From Chitinophagales bacterium (lineage in GTDB: Bacteria > Bacteroidota > Bacteroidia > Chitinophagales > UBA10324): a stretch of DNA of 64,000 nt. The stretch lies in NCBI GenBank assembly GCA_025056305.1, contig JANWWJ010000031.1, positions 66,861 through 130,860 of the forward strand. Direction: 5' to 3'. Positions 10,029 to 20,870 of the stretch are shown here, one piece after another (position 1 is the stretch's first letter; every line of letters starts with the position of its first letter). The translations under genes and the position numbers were made by a program. A model generated the notes under the pieces. It had not been told where the DNA came from, searched no databases, and saw only the letters and a list, made by a program, of their open reading frames with translations.

Positions 10029-10568
10029 ATGGTAAGAGCTTTTTTGATTCTCATTGGCGTTTCGGCCTCTTTGAGCTTTAAAGTGTTGGCGCACACGGCA
10101 TTTTTACAGCTGGATTTTTCAAACGGTCTAAAGCCGCCGGCGGCGTGCACCAGCGAAAGGGTTGCCGATGCCTCAGCTTCATCCGATACCGTTTTCATCT
10201 GCAACAGCCCATATGCCCGAAAATTTCACAAAACGCGGTTCTGTGAGGGTCTTCAAAGTTGTAAAGCAGCCATAACGGCAGTAAGTCGGTCTGAAGCAGT
10301 TGCCGCTGCAAGAACTGGCTGTCTTTTGTGTTATGGAAACAGCAGCTACAACAGGTCTATACCTCAGCCAGAGCGTCAAAACATTGTCGGTGGCGAAGGG
10401 GTAATTACCGGTGCCGATGGTGTATGGCTGTGTGAAGGCAATTATGCCACCCGTTACCATCGCTATCGAAATTGTCGGGGTTTAAGTAATTGCAAGGGTA
10501 CCGTTCGCCAGGTTTCGAAAAAGGATGCTATAGCCATAGGCAGAACTGCTTGCGGCTATTGCTATTGA
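10029..10568 (+). CDS. Hypothetical protein with two tandem 48-aa Cys/His modules
   Basis: 179-aa ORF with a hydrophobic N-terminus. Residues 55-102 and 132-179 are clear paralogous repeats with identical spacing: C-x8-H-x4-C-x5-C-x19-C-x2-C-Y. Confidence 0.6.
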   Translation: MVRAFLILIGVSASLSFKVLAHTAFLQLDFSNGLKPPAACTSERVADASASSDTVFICNSPYARKFHKTRFCEGLQSCKAAITAVSRSEAVAAARTGCLLCYGNSSYNRSIPQPERQNIVGGEGVITGADGVWLCEGNYATRYHRYRNCRGLSNCKGTVRQVSKKDAIAIGRTACGYCY

Positions 10569-10815
10569 AGTCTTTTTGGGGTTTATAACCCCCATGTGCC
10601 TATAATTGATATTATGTAAAGTATAGGCAATTAAAACTTAAGTTAGGTAGCTGCTTGTCGGTAAGGATGCTTAACTAGGCTGATGTGAGGGCTTCCCCTC
10701 CTTTTCACGTAAGCAGCCGCTTTAGGTCCAGGGCATGCCCTAAGGCAAAAACATTGCCGGTCTGTTTAAAGTCCAAAAAACAAATGGTTATTGTGCCTGC
10801 AGATCTTTTGGCCGG

Positions 10816-11979
10816 CTACTTTTTAAGCTCTTCCAGGAGAGCTTTCATCTGATTGCTTTTATCCATCATACCCAGGCGTGCATAAAGCTCTTTCAAAGCT
10901 AACACGGCATCGGGATCTTTCGGGTTGAGCTCAAAAGCTTTTTCTAGATAAGGGCGTGATGTGTGGAAATAGCCATCACGCTGCTTTTTAAGGGCATCGT
11001 AGAGTTTTTGCTGATCTAAATCCAGTTTGTTCATCTCATTATTAATATCCACGGCACGATTGTAATACATGGCACCAAGGCGGTAATACGCATCGAAGTT
11101 GGATGGATCTTTGCCGATAGCCTGTTTAAACGAAGTTGCAGCCGCTGCCGTGTCTTTAATGCGCTCGTACATGATGCCGAGCTGAATGTAAAGAGGTACA
11201 AAATCCGGGTCTTTTTTCACCGCCTCATTCAAGCGTGTGATTGCTTCCCGGGGATTACCCGAAAATAGATATACATTAAGCTGATCGATCATCAAATTTT
11301 TGTCGTTTGGGAACATAGCCACGGCCTGGTCTAAAATGGCTTTCGCGCTGACAGTGTCTTTTTGTTGCAGCTTTATTTCAGCCAAAGAACTATACATCTC
11401 AGGACGATGAATGTTCCGGCTTTGAAGCTGACGGATCAACTGCTCCGCTTCTTCGAACTTTTGCAATTTCAGGGCTGAGCGTGAGGCGTATAGTGTCGCA
11501 AACGTGTCAATGAGTTGCTGATTGAAGTATCTGTTGATAGACTCGTAAGTCTGCGATGAGAGCAAAAACCGCTGATATGCGGCCTGATAATTTTTTGTGT
11601 TAAAATAATTTACTGCTTCATTGTAAGCTTTTACGGCATGTTCGAAGAGCTGTAATTGAATTTCATCTTTCCACTGGTTTTTAGGGTCCAATTCCATAGC
11701 TTTTTGATAAGAACGGATCACCTGTTCTAATGCGTCGGGGTTTTGTTTGCGGAAGTTGCTGTCGGTGGCGTATAACTGACCATAGATGGCGGCACGATAA
11801 AACCATGTTTTTGCCTGGGCTGCGGTTTTAACATCTTTAATGGCTTCGTCAATAGCAATTCTTGCCAAATCAAATTCACCATTGCGCATGTAGTTGTAAG
11901 CCGATTGCACTTTAGCCGATTGGGCAAACACGTAGGTGATGGCAAAAAGCCCTGCTAACAGACAGAGTACACGTTTCAT
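10816..11979 (-). CDS. TPR-repeat protein (secreted)
   Basis: Repeated 34-aa TPR-like helices (AYYRLGAMYY, ALKELYARLG). The track ORF runs into gyrA. The ATG at 11979 (MKRVLCLLAGLFAITYVFAQ) gives a signal peptide and sits 8 nt after the gyrA stop. Confidence 0.8.
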   Translation of the reverse strand: MKRVLCLLAGLFAITYVFAQSAKVQSAYNYMRNGEFDLARIAIDEAIKDVKTAAQAKTWFYRAAIYGQLYATDSNFRKQNPDALEQVIRSYQKAMELDPKNQWKDEIQLQLFEHAVKAYNEAVNYFNTKNYQAAYQRFLLSSQTYESINRYFNQQLIDTFATLYASRSALKLQKFEEAEQLIRQLQSRNIHRPEMYSSLAEIKLQQKDTVSAKAILDQAVAMFPNDKNLMIDQLNVYLFSGNPREAITRLNEAVKKDPDFVPLYIQLGIMYERIKDTAAAATSFKQAIGKDPSNFDAYYRLGAMYYNRAVDINNEMNKLDLDQQKLYDALKKQRDGYFHTSRPYLEKAFELNPKDPDAVLALKELYARLGMMDKSNQMKALLEELKK

Positions 11980-11986
11980 GAATCCA

Positions 11987-14494
11987 CTAATTTTTACTGA
12001 AGATATCACCTTGCTTGGGTTCATCGTGCCGGTCTGATGCGTTGTTTTCTTCGTTTTCAATTCGGGCTATGGCGGCTATGTCGTCCTGATCGTCGAGACG
12101 GATAAGCCGGACCCCCTGGGTGTTGCGCCCCGTTATCCGGATTTCCGAAACCGGCATTCGAATGGCTACACCTGATTTTTTGATAATCATCAAATCGTCG
12201 TTATCGCTGACGTCTTTGATGGCCACCAACATCCCGGTTTTGGGAGTAATGTTTATAGTTTTGACGCCTTTAGCGCCTCTGTTGGTCAGGCGGTATTCAC
12301 TAAGCGGTGTGCGCTTTCCATAGCCTTTCTCACTGACAACGAGGATGGTTCGATTTTTGTCATTACGGCTGACGCACACCATGCCGATGACTTCGTCATT
12401 TTTCTCGTCCACATCAATGCCGCGCACGCCGGCTGCACTACGGCCCATAGGCCGAACTTTTTCCTCGTGAAAACGGATGGCTTTGCCCGAACGTACTGCG
12501 ATCAGCACATCGGATTTGCCATCGGTAAGCTTGACATCGAGCAATTGATCTCCTTCTTTGATGCTCAATGCAATAATGCCATTAGAGCGCGGCCGGCTAA
12601 ACTCTTCTAAAGTGGTCTTTTTGATTATGCCTTTTTTCGTGCAGAAGATCAAATAGTTATGAGTTATGTAATGCGGGTCGTCCAATTGCTTAACATTGAT
12701 GATGGCACGAATGCTGTCGTCGGCAGGCAGGTTAATGAGATTACGAATAGCGCGCCCTCGGACATTTTTTCCGCCCTCAGGAATTTCATAGACCCGCAGC
12801 CAGAAACAACGCCCATTTTCGGTAAAAAAGAGCAGGTAATTATGGTTTGAAGCGATGAACAGATGCTCTATGAAATCTTCGTCGCGGGCAACACTGGCCT
12901 GAGCGCCACGGCCGCCCCTGCTTTGGCGTCGATAGTTGGCTATAGGAGTTCGCTTAATGTAGCCCATGTGGCTTATGGTAATCACCATTTCTTCATCAGG
13001 GATAAGGTCTTCGACTTCTAATTCTTCAGCCACGGGTACGATTTCGGTGCGTCGCTTGTCGCCGTATTTTTTCTTAATCTCCAGGATTTCATCTTTCAAA
13101 ATTTCATACCGAAGCTTTTCATCACGAAGCACATCCTGATAATACTCGATGAGTCGCCGAACTTCCTTGTACTCTTCCCTGATTTTTTCGCGTTCCAATC
13201 CGGTCAGGCGCTGTAAGCGCATGTCCAGTATAGCTTTAGCCTGTATTTCTGTGAGCTGGAATTGACTCATAAGCCCCTGCTGGGCCTCTTCGGGGGAGCG
13301 TGAAGCACGGATCAGGGCAATTACTTCATCTAAATGATCCAAGGCCGTGAGCAGCCCTTCGAGGATATGGGCACGCTTTTCGGCTTCTTTTAATTCATAG
13401 TTGGTTTTACGAATGAGGACTTGATGGCGAAATTCCACATATACCTCAATCATTTGCTTGAGGCTGAGCAGCTTGGGGCGCCCGCCCACCAAGGCGATGT
13501 TGTTGATGCTGTAAGAGGTCTGTAATTGGGTATGCGTGAATAATTGATTCAATACGACGTTTGCATTAGCATCTTTTTTCAAGTCAATGACCAGGCGGAT
13601 GCCCTCACGATCGCTTTCGTCGCGGGCCTCGGCAATACCGTCAATAATTTTTTCATTGCTGAGCTCGACGATCTGTTTGTGTATGGCGGCTTTGTTAACC
13701 TGATAAGGGATTTCGGTGATGATTACGCGCTCGCGTCCGTTTTTGAGCTGTTCAATTTCGGCACGCGCTCTGACTACCACCTTACCTTTTCCGGTGAGCA
13801 TGCCTTGCCGGACGGGTTCATAGCCGTAGATGATGCCACCGGTTGGAAAATCGGGGGCTGGAATAATCTTTACTAATTCCTCATCGGAAATGTCCCGGTT
13901 GTCGATGTAAGCGGCAATTCCATCGCATACTTCCGAAAGATTGTGCGGCAGAATGTTAGTCGCCATTCCCACGGCAATACCAGAAGCACCGTTGATCAAC
14001 AAGTTCGGGATTCTGCTGGGAAGGACAGTAGGTTCCTGAAGGGTATCGTCGAAATTAAGCTGAAAGTCAACGGTATCTTTGTCAATATCGGCTAAAAGCT
14101 CTTCGCTGATGCGTTCGAGCCGAGCCTCGGTGTAACGCATGGCCGCCGGCGGGTCATCATCAATTGATCCGTAATTGCCTTGCCCATCGATAAGGGGATA
14201 GCGTAGCGACCAGGGCTGCGCCATGCGGACCATAGCTTCGTAAACAGCGCTATCACCATGAGGGTGGTATTTTCCCAGCACCTCCCCTACGATGCGGGCT
14301 GATTTTTTGTATGGCTTGTTGTATTGCAAGCCCAGTTCGTTCATGGCATAAAGGATGCGTCGTTGTACCGGCTTAAGGCCGTCACGGGCATCGGGAATGG
14401 CACGGGAAACGATGACCGACATAGAATAATCTATGTAGGCCGTTTTCATTTCCTCTTCGATGTTGACAGGGATAATTTTTTGACCGTTAGCCAC
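11987..14494 (-). CDS. gyrA: DNA gyrase subunit A
   Basis: [27 protein letters not shown] and [17 protein letters not shown] (QRDR region), active-site AAMRYTE, and C-terminal beta-pinwheel repeats. GTG start. Confidence 0.97.
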   Translation of the reverse strand: MANGQKIIPVNIEEEMKTAYIDYSMSVIVSRAIPDARDGLKPVQRRILYAMNELGLQYNKPYKKSARIVGEVLGKYHPHGDSAVYEAMVRMAQPWSLRYPLIDGQGNYGSIDDDPPAAMRYTEARLERISEELLADIDKDTVDFQLNFDDTLQEPTVLPSRIPNLLINGASGIAVGMATNILPHNLSEVCDGIAAYIDNRDISDEELVKIIPAPDFPTGGIIYGYEPVRQGMLTGKGKVVVRARAEIEQLKNGRERVIITEIPYQVNKAAIHKQIVELSNEKIIDGIAEARDESDREGIRLVIDLKKDANANVVLNQLFTHTQLQTSYSINNIALVGGRPKLLSLKQMIEVYVEFRHQVLIRKTNYELKEAEKRAHILEGLLTALDHLDEVIALIRASRSPEEAQQGLMSQFQLTEIQAKAILDMRLQRLTGLEREKIREEYKEVRRLIEYYQDVLRDEKLRYEILKDEILEIKKKYGDKRRTEIVPVAEELEVEDLIPDEEMVITISHMGYIKRTPIANYRRQSRGGRGAQASVARDEDFIEHLFIASNHNYLLFFTENGRCFWLRVYEIPEGGKNVRGRAIRNLINLPADDSIRAIINVKQLDDPHYITHNYLIFCTKKGIIKKTTLEEFSRPRSNGIIALSIKEGDQLLDVKLTDGKSDVLIAVRSGKAIRFHEEKVRPMGRSAAGVRGIDVDEKNDEVIGMVCVSRNDKNRTILVVSEKGYGKRTPLSEYRLTNRGAKGVKTINITPKTGMLVAIKDVSDNDDLMIIKKSGVAIRMPVSEIRITGRNTQGVRLIRLDDQDDIAAIARIENEENNASDRHDEPKQGDIFSKN

Positions 14495-14702
14495 TTGACA
14501 AGTTTTTATGCAATTGATACCTCAAGAACTGTGAGGCGTAATTGCAAAGGTAGCTGTTGAACAGGCATGCCTTTGTCGTTTTTTCCTTTTTTTCAAACTG
14601 TGTTTGTGCATATTCATAGAAAGAGTATGCCATAGCCCTGGACATATATTCAGGCGTGCACAGTATTATTGCAGGTCTAATTATTTTGTAATTGTTTTGC
14701 CC

Positions 14703-16076
14703 ATGATGATCCAAATCGCAAATGTGTTATTGTGGTTCGTCATAATTTGTACTCTGGTCACAACTCAAACGAGGGCGCAAGGAGGAAGCCAACTGCTTCC
14801 CTCCATAGGGCTGAATGCCTATCCTGATGATACGGACAGCATTTGTGAAATTCCCCTTCGGATAACGAATGACTTTAATTCGATCGGATATCAAGCGGGG
14901 CAACCCCTTCACGACTTTACCCTGTATGACCTCGGGGGATCGGCCGTCAACTTAAAACAATTGTTGCAAGGGGGGAAACCTCTGGTTTTACTTACCTGCA
15001 GCTATTCATGTCCTGCATTTCGCGAACGTCTTCCGGAATTCAAAAACCTCAGCGTTTTGTATGCCGATTACTTAGATTTTTTGCTGGTTTATACCGTTGA
15101 AGCGCATCCCATTGACTCTGTAAGCCCATATTATGGTTATGTAAATGTGATGCAGCAAAACTTGTCCGAAGGCATTTTAATTGCTCAGGCAGTCACCTAT
15201 GGTCAACGAAAGCAGACGGCGCAGCAGATGGTTGATGCATTAGGCATTGACGTACCGCTGGTTATCGATGGGCCGTGCAATGAGTTCTGGATTGCTTCGC
15301 AGTGTGGTCCGGTGACGGCCTACGTCATCGATACCAGTGGAATACTTTATGCCAAACAGGGTTGGTTCAATCAGCCGGGAGAGCCGCTGGGGGAAACTCT
15401 GGATCAATTTCTGGGAATTGATCTGACCACTGATATAGGGTGTGGGGCTTCGATTGTGTACGATTTTTCTGTTGCCGACACCATCCAATATGGAGCCCCC
15501 GGAAGTGTGCTGTATTTTCAAACCAATTTGGTAAATGAAGATGATTCACTTTGTGCACACGTTTTGATTTCGAAAGAAAAGGAGTTATTGCCCGTTGGAT
15601 GGTCTGCAGCTATATGCCTTTCTATATGTTATTCGCCCTCTGTAAAAAAGGTTGATGCCGTGGTCATGCCTGAAACGAACCTTCCCTTCATTTTAGACTT
15701 ATACACCACCCCCGTTATTGACACGGCTTTTATCAGAGTTGGTTTCAAGAACATAATCAAGCCGTGGCAACAAACTTCGAAATGGTTCATAGGAATTACG
15801 AGCCAGGAAGCCGTTGCAACACACGCTATTGAAGTAAAAGATCTGGCGGTGTTTCCTCAACCAGCCTCTCATGATCTGTTTGTCTTATCACCCCTGACTC
15901 CAGCTGCAGGCGCAACTTTAGTGGTGGTCGATATTCAAGGTCGAGTGATTCATTATCAGCAATGGACTCAAGACGTCACGAAAATTGACGTAGCAAAATG
16001 GCCTAATGGCTGGTATGGTATAACAGCCGCAACCCCGCAGTCTCTCTTGCGACGTTCATTTATTGTCGCTCGATAA
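14703..16076 (+). CDS. Secreted thioredoxin-fold (redoxin / deiodinase-like) protein with T9SS C-terminal domain
   Basis: The ATG at 14703 gives a signal peptide (…TQTRAQ). KPLVLLTCSYSCPAFRERL resembles the redox-active motif of the thioredoxin-fold/iodothyronine-deiodinase-like family. The last roughly 80 aa (LAVFPQPASHDLFV...WPNGWY) look like a T9SS type-A CTD. Confidence 0.6.
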   Translation: MMIQIANVLLWFVIICTLVTTQTRAQGGSQLLPSIGLNAYPDDTDSICEIPLRITNDFNSIGYQAGQPLHDFTLYDLGGSAVNLKQLLQGGKPLVLLTCSYSCPAFRERLPEFKNLSVLYADYLDFLLVYTVEAHPIDSVSPYYGYVNVMQQNLSEGILIAQAVTYGQRKQTAQQMVDALGIDVPLVIDGPCNEFWIASQCGPVTAYVIDTSGILYAKQGWFNQPGEPLGETLDQFLGIDLTTDIGCGASIVYDFSVADTIQYGAPGSVLYFQTNLVNEDDSLCAHVLISKEKELLPVGWSAAICLSICYSPSVKKVDAVVMPETNLPFILDLYTTPVIDTAFIRVGFKNIIKPWQQTSKWFIGITSQEAVATHAIEVKDLAVFPQPASHDLFVLSPLTPAAGATLVVVDIQGRVIHYQQWTQDVTKIDVAKWPNGWYGITAATPQSLLRRSFIVAR

Positions 16077-16188
16077 ATCACAGCTCACAAGACTCACATC
16101 GTGTTTTTATTATAAACAGTCATTAACAACTGTTTGCAATAGTTATATATCTTAGTCAAGAAACTTTTCCCCTCAAAGGCTAATAGTC

Positions 16189-18564
16189 ATGAAAAAACTG
16201 TTTCTTCTTCCCTTAGCAATCGTCATGCTGTCGGGTGTTAGCCACGGACAGCGCAAGTGCGGTACCATGGAATACATGGAGTGGCTAATGGTGCAGGATC
16301 CTGCTTTGAAATCACGGCGTGAGGCAATTGAACAATTCACGCAAAAATGGATTGCCGAAAATGCCGGTGCTCCGCGTACGGTTTACACCATACCGGTAGT
16401 TTTTCATGTGGTTTACAACACCTCGGCACAAAACATCAGCGATGCGCAGATCATGGCACAGTTGGATCAACTCAATGCCGATTTTCGCCGCACCAACTCC
16501 GATGCCAGTAACACTCCTTCGGTATGGCAATCCACAGCCGCCGATTGTGAAATCCAGTTTTGTTTGGCGCAGCGTGACCCCAATGGCAACCCTACTAACG
16601 GAATCATCAGAAAGTCCACAACGGTGACTTCGTTTTCCAGCAACAACAATATCAAGTTCAACAGCACGGGAGGTTCTGATGCGTGGCCGGCTTCCAGTTA
16701 CCTCAATGTCTGGATTGGCAACCTCAGTGGTGGGCTGCTGGGCTATGCACAATTTCCCGGAGGCAATGCCTCAACAGACGGGGTTGTCGTTCATTACACG
16801 ACGGTGGGTAGTATTTCCAGTCCCGGAAGCGGAACGCCATTTCACCTAGGTCGTACCCTCACGCATGAAGTGGGTCATTGGCTCAACCTGTACCACATTT
16901 GGGGTGATGACGGCACCTCCTGCTCCGGCAGCGATCAAGTGTCCGATACCCCAAACCAAGCTGGTGCCACGAGCGGATGCCCTTCTTTTCCTAAAACGGA
17001 TGCATGTACAGGGGGACCTAACGGCATCATGTTTATGAATTACATGGATTACACCAATGATGCCTGCATGAACATGTTTACTGCGGGCCAAAAAACGCGG
17101 ATGCGGGCTGTGCTGGCAACAGGAGGTGCGCGTGCTTCGCTCGCATCTTCACTTGGCTGCACACCGCCTTCAACCAGTTGTGCCACCCCTACAGGTGTTA
17201 CTGCTTCATCCATCACCAGCTCATCTGCTACAATTTCATGGGGTGCCGTCAGTGGAGCTTCTAGCTACAATGTTCAATATAAGCCCTCTTCGAGCTCTAC
17301 ATGGACTACAATTTCCTCTTCCTCCACTTCAGTAACTCTAACGGGATTAACTGCCAGCACTACCTACAACGTACAGGTACAAGCTGTTTGCAGCGGCGGT
17401 TCTTCCGCCTATTCATCCCAAGTCTCCTTTACCACTTCATCTTCGGGAGGTGGGCCCTCCTACTGTGCCTCCAATGGTAACAGTCAGCAATACGAGTTTA
17501 TCGACTATGTAGCCATCGGAAGTATAGCGCGGACCAGCGGCGCTGAAGCAGGGGGCTATTATAACGGAACTTCTCTATCTACGACGGTAAATAAGGGTAT
17601 CAATTACACCCTCACGGTTAGTGCCGGCTTCACCGGAACGGTTTATACTGAGCAGTGGGCAGTATTCATCGATTGGAACATTGACGGTGACTTTGCCGAT
17701 GCCGGTGAGACCGCTGCTTCATTCAGCAGCTCTGGAAGCGGGAACGTTTCGGTTACAATCAGTGTTCCCTCAACTGCGGCCACGGGTACAACACGGATGC
17801 GCGTGAGCATGCGTTACGGCTCTGCACCTCCTTCTTGCGGATCTTTTGATTACGGCGAAGTGGAAGATTATTCACTCAACATTCAAACAGGAAGCTCTAC
17901 CTGTACCGATGTGGGCGAACCCGGCAACAACAGCAGCTCCACTCCTATGGCCATCACGGTGGGCACGACCCTCTCGGCACAGATCAGCAGCTCTACCGAC
18001 AAAGACTGGTATTCATTCAGCAACAGCAGCTCGGCAAAGCACATTAAGATCACCTTGACCAACCTGCCCGCTGACTACGATATCAAATTATACAATCCCA
18101 GCGGCACCAATGTCAAAACCTCCGAAAACAGCGGAACCACCAACGAAACGATCATCTATAACAATGGTCCGGTAGGTACATATAAAATTCAGGTTTATGG
18201 TTGGAACGGTGCACATAGCACCACGCAATGTTACAACCTGTTGGTACAAACCAGTTCCAGCCCATTCCGTTACGCTGAAGACGGGGAAACGGTAAACGAA
18301 TTTCCTGCTGAATCTCAGCTCGTGGTTTATCCGAATCCCGTTTCCGAACAACTCACCTTAAAGTTTACTGTTGCCGAAAAGGGACCTGCTCAAGTGCACG
18401 TCTATAACTTAATGGGGGAACGACTTTTTGCAGGCCAAGCGCTGGCAGTCCCAGGTTCCAATGTTTATCACATTCCGGTTTACAACTGGGCTCCGGCCTT
18501 GTACGTGATTGAAGTGGTAGTCGGGCAGCATGTTCTGCGCCAACCCTTCATGGTCAGCAAGTAA
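16189..18564 (+). CDS. M43 (cytophagalysin/pappalysin-like) zinc metalloprotease with FN3, GEVED, PPC and T9SS CTD domains
   Basis: Signal peptide. HEVGHWLNLYHIWGD is an extended HExxHxxxxxH-type motif of family M43. An FN3-like segment (SATISWGAVSGASSYNVQYK) is followed by a GEVEDY motif, a pre-peptidase-C-like segment (DKDWYSF) and a C-terminal sorting domain (LVVYPNPVSEQLTL). Confidence 0.85.
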   Translation: MKKLFLLPLAIVMLSGVSHGQRKCGTMEYMEWLMVQDPALKSRREAIEQFTQKWIAENAGAPRTVYTIPVVFHVVYNTSAQNISDAQIMAQLDQLNADFRRTNSDASNTPSVWQSTAADCEIQFCLAQRDPNGNPTNGIIRKSTTVTSFSSNNNIKFNSTGGSDAWPASSYLNVWIGNLSGGLLGYAQFPGGNASTDGVVVHYTTVGSISSPGSGTPFHLGRTLTHEVGHWLNLYHIWGDDGTSCSGSDQVSDTPNQAGATSGCPSFPKTDACTGGPNGIMFMNYMDYTNDACMNMFTAGQKTRMRAVLATGGARASLASSLGCTPPSTSCATPTGVTASSITSSSATISWGAVSGASSYNVQYKPSSSSTWTTISSSSTSVTLTGLTASTTYNVQVQAVCSGGSSAYSSQVSFTTSSSGGGPSYCASNGNSQQYEFIDYVAIGSIARTSGAEAGGYYNGTSLSTTVNKGINYTLTVSAGFTGTVYTEQWAVFIDWNIDGDFADAGETAASFSSSGSGNVSVTISVPSTAATGTTRMRVSMRYGSAPPSCGSFDYGEVEDYSLNIQTGSSTCTDVGEPGNNSSSTPMAITVGTTLSAQISSSTDKDWYSFSNSSSAKHIKITLTNLPADYDIKLYNPSGTNVKTSENSGTTNETIIYNNGPVGTYKIQVYGWNGAHSTTQCYNLLVQTSSSPFRYAEDGETVNEFPAESQLVVYPNPVSEQLTLKFTVAEKGPAQVHVYNLMGERLFAGQALAVPGSNVYHIPVYNWAPALYVIEVVVGQHVLRQPFMVSK

Positions 18565-18588
18565 AACCTTATTGATTAGGAAAAGTAC

Positions 18589-18608
18589 AGGCCGCTCTAC
18601 AGCGGCCT
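18589..18608. terminator. Bidirectional intrinsic terminator hairpin between convergent genes
   Basis: AGGCCGCT-CTAC-AGCGGCCT, a perfect 8-bp stem flanked by a T-run on the plus strand (18610-18613) and an A-rich/T-run context on the other strand. It lies in the 47-nt gap between the protease stop (18564) and the rluD stop (18612). Confidence 0.6.
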
Positions 18609-18611
18609 ATT

Positions 18612-19643
18612 TTATTTATTGTACTGTTGCAGATAATTGCGCCAGCGGTCAATAACTTGTTGCATGTCGGCAGGCAAGCTCACTTGAAAATTCATCTGCT
18701 GATGCGATCGCGGGTGGATAAAAGAAAGCTGCGCTGCATGCAAGGCCTGACGCGGACATAGGGCAAAACAGTTTTCTACAAACTGGCGGTAGCGTGGATA
18801 TAGAGTACCTTTTAAAATGCGATTGCCTCCATATGTAGCATCATTAAACACCGGATGGCCAATGTATTTCATGTGTACCCTAATCTGATGGGTGCGGCCC
18901 GTGTCTAGATGACACGACACGAGCGTGACGTAGTAAAATCGTTCTAATACCTGGTAGTGAGTAATCGCAGGTTTACCGATAAGTTCATCGTCATCGTACA
19001 CATCCATCAGCAGGCGATTCCGCTGACTGCGGCCGATGCGTCCGGTGATGGTGCCGCTGTCTTTTCGGAAATCGCCCCATACGAGTGCCAAATAGCTTCG
19101 TTTTACGGTATGTTGCGCAAACTGTCGTGCCAAATGCTGCATAGCCAACTCCGTTCGGGCTACAACCAACAAGCCACTGGTGTCTTTATCTAAGCGATGC
19201 ACTAAACCAGGCCGTTGCTCATTTCCGGGCACAGTGGGTAGCTGGCGAAAATGATACAACAATGCGTTTACCAGCGTGCCGCTTCGGTTGCCAGCCCCGG
19301 GATGGACCACCATTCCCGCGGGCTTGTTCACCACCAAAACATCATCATCCTCATAAACAATGTCTAATGGTATATTTTCCGGTTGGGCGGGTTGTTCCTC
19401 CAATTCCCGCGGCACCTTGATGATGACTTCGTCGCCGGGCCTCACTTTGTAATTGGCTTTGATCAAGCGATTATTGACCAGTACCCAACCGGCGTCAATG
19501 CCCTGTTGAATTTTAGTACGAGAAACCCCTTCTATGCGGCTCTGCAAAAAGCGATCTATGCGTACCGGTTTCTGGCCGGCGTCAACAACCAAGCGAAATT
19601 GTTGATTCACCAATTCGCGCGGCTCGGCACCTTTGCCCTTCAT
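18612..19643 (-). CDS. rluD: RluA-family 23S rRNA pseudouridine synthase (RluD-like)
   Basis: S4-like N-terminal domain (RIDRFL), catalytic HRLDKDTSGLLVVA, and GRTHQIRVH. The ATG at 19643 forms an ATGA overlap with the upstream gene's stop. The track start is GTG 19661. Confidence 0.9.
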   Translation of the reverse strand: MKGKGAEPRELVNQQFRLVVDAGQKPVRIDRFLQSRIEGVSRTKIQQGIDAGWVLVNNRLIKANYKVRPGDEVIIKVPRELEEQPAQPENIPLDIVYEDDDVLVVNKPAGMVVHPGAGNRSGTLVNALLYHFRQLPTVPGNEQRPGLVHRLDKDTSGLLVVARTELAMQHLARQFAQHTVKRSYLALVWGDFRKDSGTITGRIGRSQRNRLLMDVYDDDELIGKPAITHYQVLERFYYVTLVSCHLDTGRTHQIRVHMKYIGHPVFNDATYGGNRILKGTLYPRYRQFVENCFALCPRQALHAAQLSFIHPRSHQQMNFQVSLPADMQQVIDRWRNYLQQYNK

Positions 19644-20044
19644 CGGATCATGACGCCCCACCGATTTAACAACGGAATCAGCGTAAAGTTATCCGGTACC
19701 AGGCTGTCGGTAACAAAAACATATTTTTTATCATACAACGCTCCTTGATGCCAAAAGCTAACCCAGAATTCGTTGTTGAGGGGACATAGATTTTGGCGCA
19801 TCAATTCAATACCCACATATTGCCGTCCTTCTACTCTGCGAATGTATTGCCGCAAGGTGGACGTGATGACGTTCTTGCCGTTTACGACACCGTAGCCTTT
19901 ACTGGTAATGAGCACACCATCAATGGCGTCAGGCTTCAGATTGATCAGATACACGTACCAATCGCCTTGGCTGTTGCTATCGCTTTCCGGAACAATGGCC
20001 ACAGCAATATCCTCGACACGCAAGAAATCTATGTCTTTAAGCAT
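19640..20044 (-). CDS. Hypothetical protein
   Basis: In-operon ORF between lipB and rluD. The ATG at 20044 (MLKDIDFLRVED) overlaps the lipB stop by 8 nt, and its stop overlaps the rluD start. No motif recognised. Confidence 0.55.
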   Translation of the reverse strand: MLKDIDFLRVEDIAVAIVPESDSNSQGDWYVYLINLKPDAIDGVLITSKGYGVVNGKNVITSTLRQYIRRVEGRQYVGIELMRQNLCPLNNEFWVSFWHQGALYDKKYVFVTDSLVPDNFTLIPLLNRWGVMIR

Positions 20045-20807
20045 ACTGATGGAACACCTCTTGGTTTGCAGGTTGCGGAAAAACACGAAACAGCTTGCTA
20101 AACCATCTGAGCCATACCTTTTTGACTTCTTCCATAGGGATTTCCTTGCCCAACTCTTTTTGTAAAGAGGTTACGCCCTTGTTGGTAATACCGCACGGTA
20201 CAATCAAACGAAAGAACTGTAGATCCGTGTTGACGTTAAAAGCCAGTCCATGCATGGTTACCCAACGACTACAGCGAATGCCGATGGCGCAGATTTTTCT
20301 TGCCCGTGCAGGTGAGTTGGCATCCAGCCATACGCCAGTAGCACCAGCTGATCGGCCGGCAGTAACTCCGAAGTCAGCTAGCGTGCCAATGACGGTTTCT
20401 TCCAGCAGTCTTAAATAGCGACCGATATCGGTAAAAAACAGATCCAAATCCAGAATCGGATAACAAACCAACTGTCCTGGGCCATGATAGGTGATGTCGC
20501 CTCCACGGTTGATACGATAATAACTTATGCCACGTTCCTTCATCGCCTGCGGGCTGATCAATAAATGTTGTTCGTTGCCGTTTCGACCTATAGTAAACAC
20601 GTGTGGATGCTCACACGTGATTAAAAAGTGCAGAGGTTCGGTTTGGTTGCCCTCGCGCCGCTTCAGTTTGTTTTGAACGACTCTGGCAAAAAGCTGCTCT
20701 TGGAAATCCCAAACGCGTTTGTACTCCTGAAGTCCTAAGTCGTACCAGACTACCTGCTGGCGCGCATCGCCATCTTCATCCGTTGAAAAAAACTTTTCGC
20801 TTAGCAC
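20037..20807 (-). CDS. lipB: Octanoyltransferase (lipoyl(octanoyl) transferase) LipB
   Basis: LITCEHPHVFTIGRNG, RGGDITYHGPGQLV.YPI, KICAIGIR and HGLAFNV motifs typical of LipB. GTG start. Confidence 0.9.
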   Translation of the reverse strand: MLSEKFFSTDEDGDARQQVVWYDLGLQEYKRVWDFQEQLFARVVQNKLKRREGNQTEPLHFLITCEHPHVFTIGRNGNEQHLLISPQAMKERGISYYRINRGGDITYHGPGQLVCYPILDLDLFFTDIGRYLRLLEETVIGTLADFGVTAGRSAGATGVWLDANSPARARKICAIGIRCSRWVTMHGLAFNVNTDLQFFRLIVPCGITNKGVTSLQKELGKEIPMEEVKKVWLRWFSKLFRVFPQPANQEVFHQYA

Positions 20808-20870
20808 GCTGTTTGGTTCGTGAGTTGCAAATTACGGGATAAACCCCAAAGCGTCGTACTCAGCGGCCGT

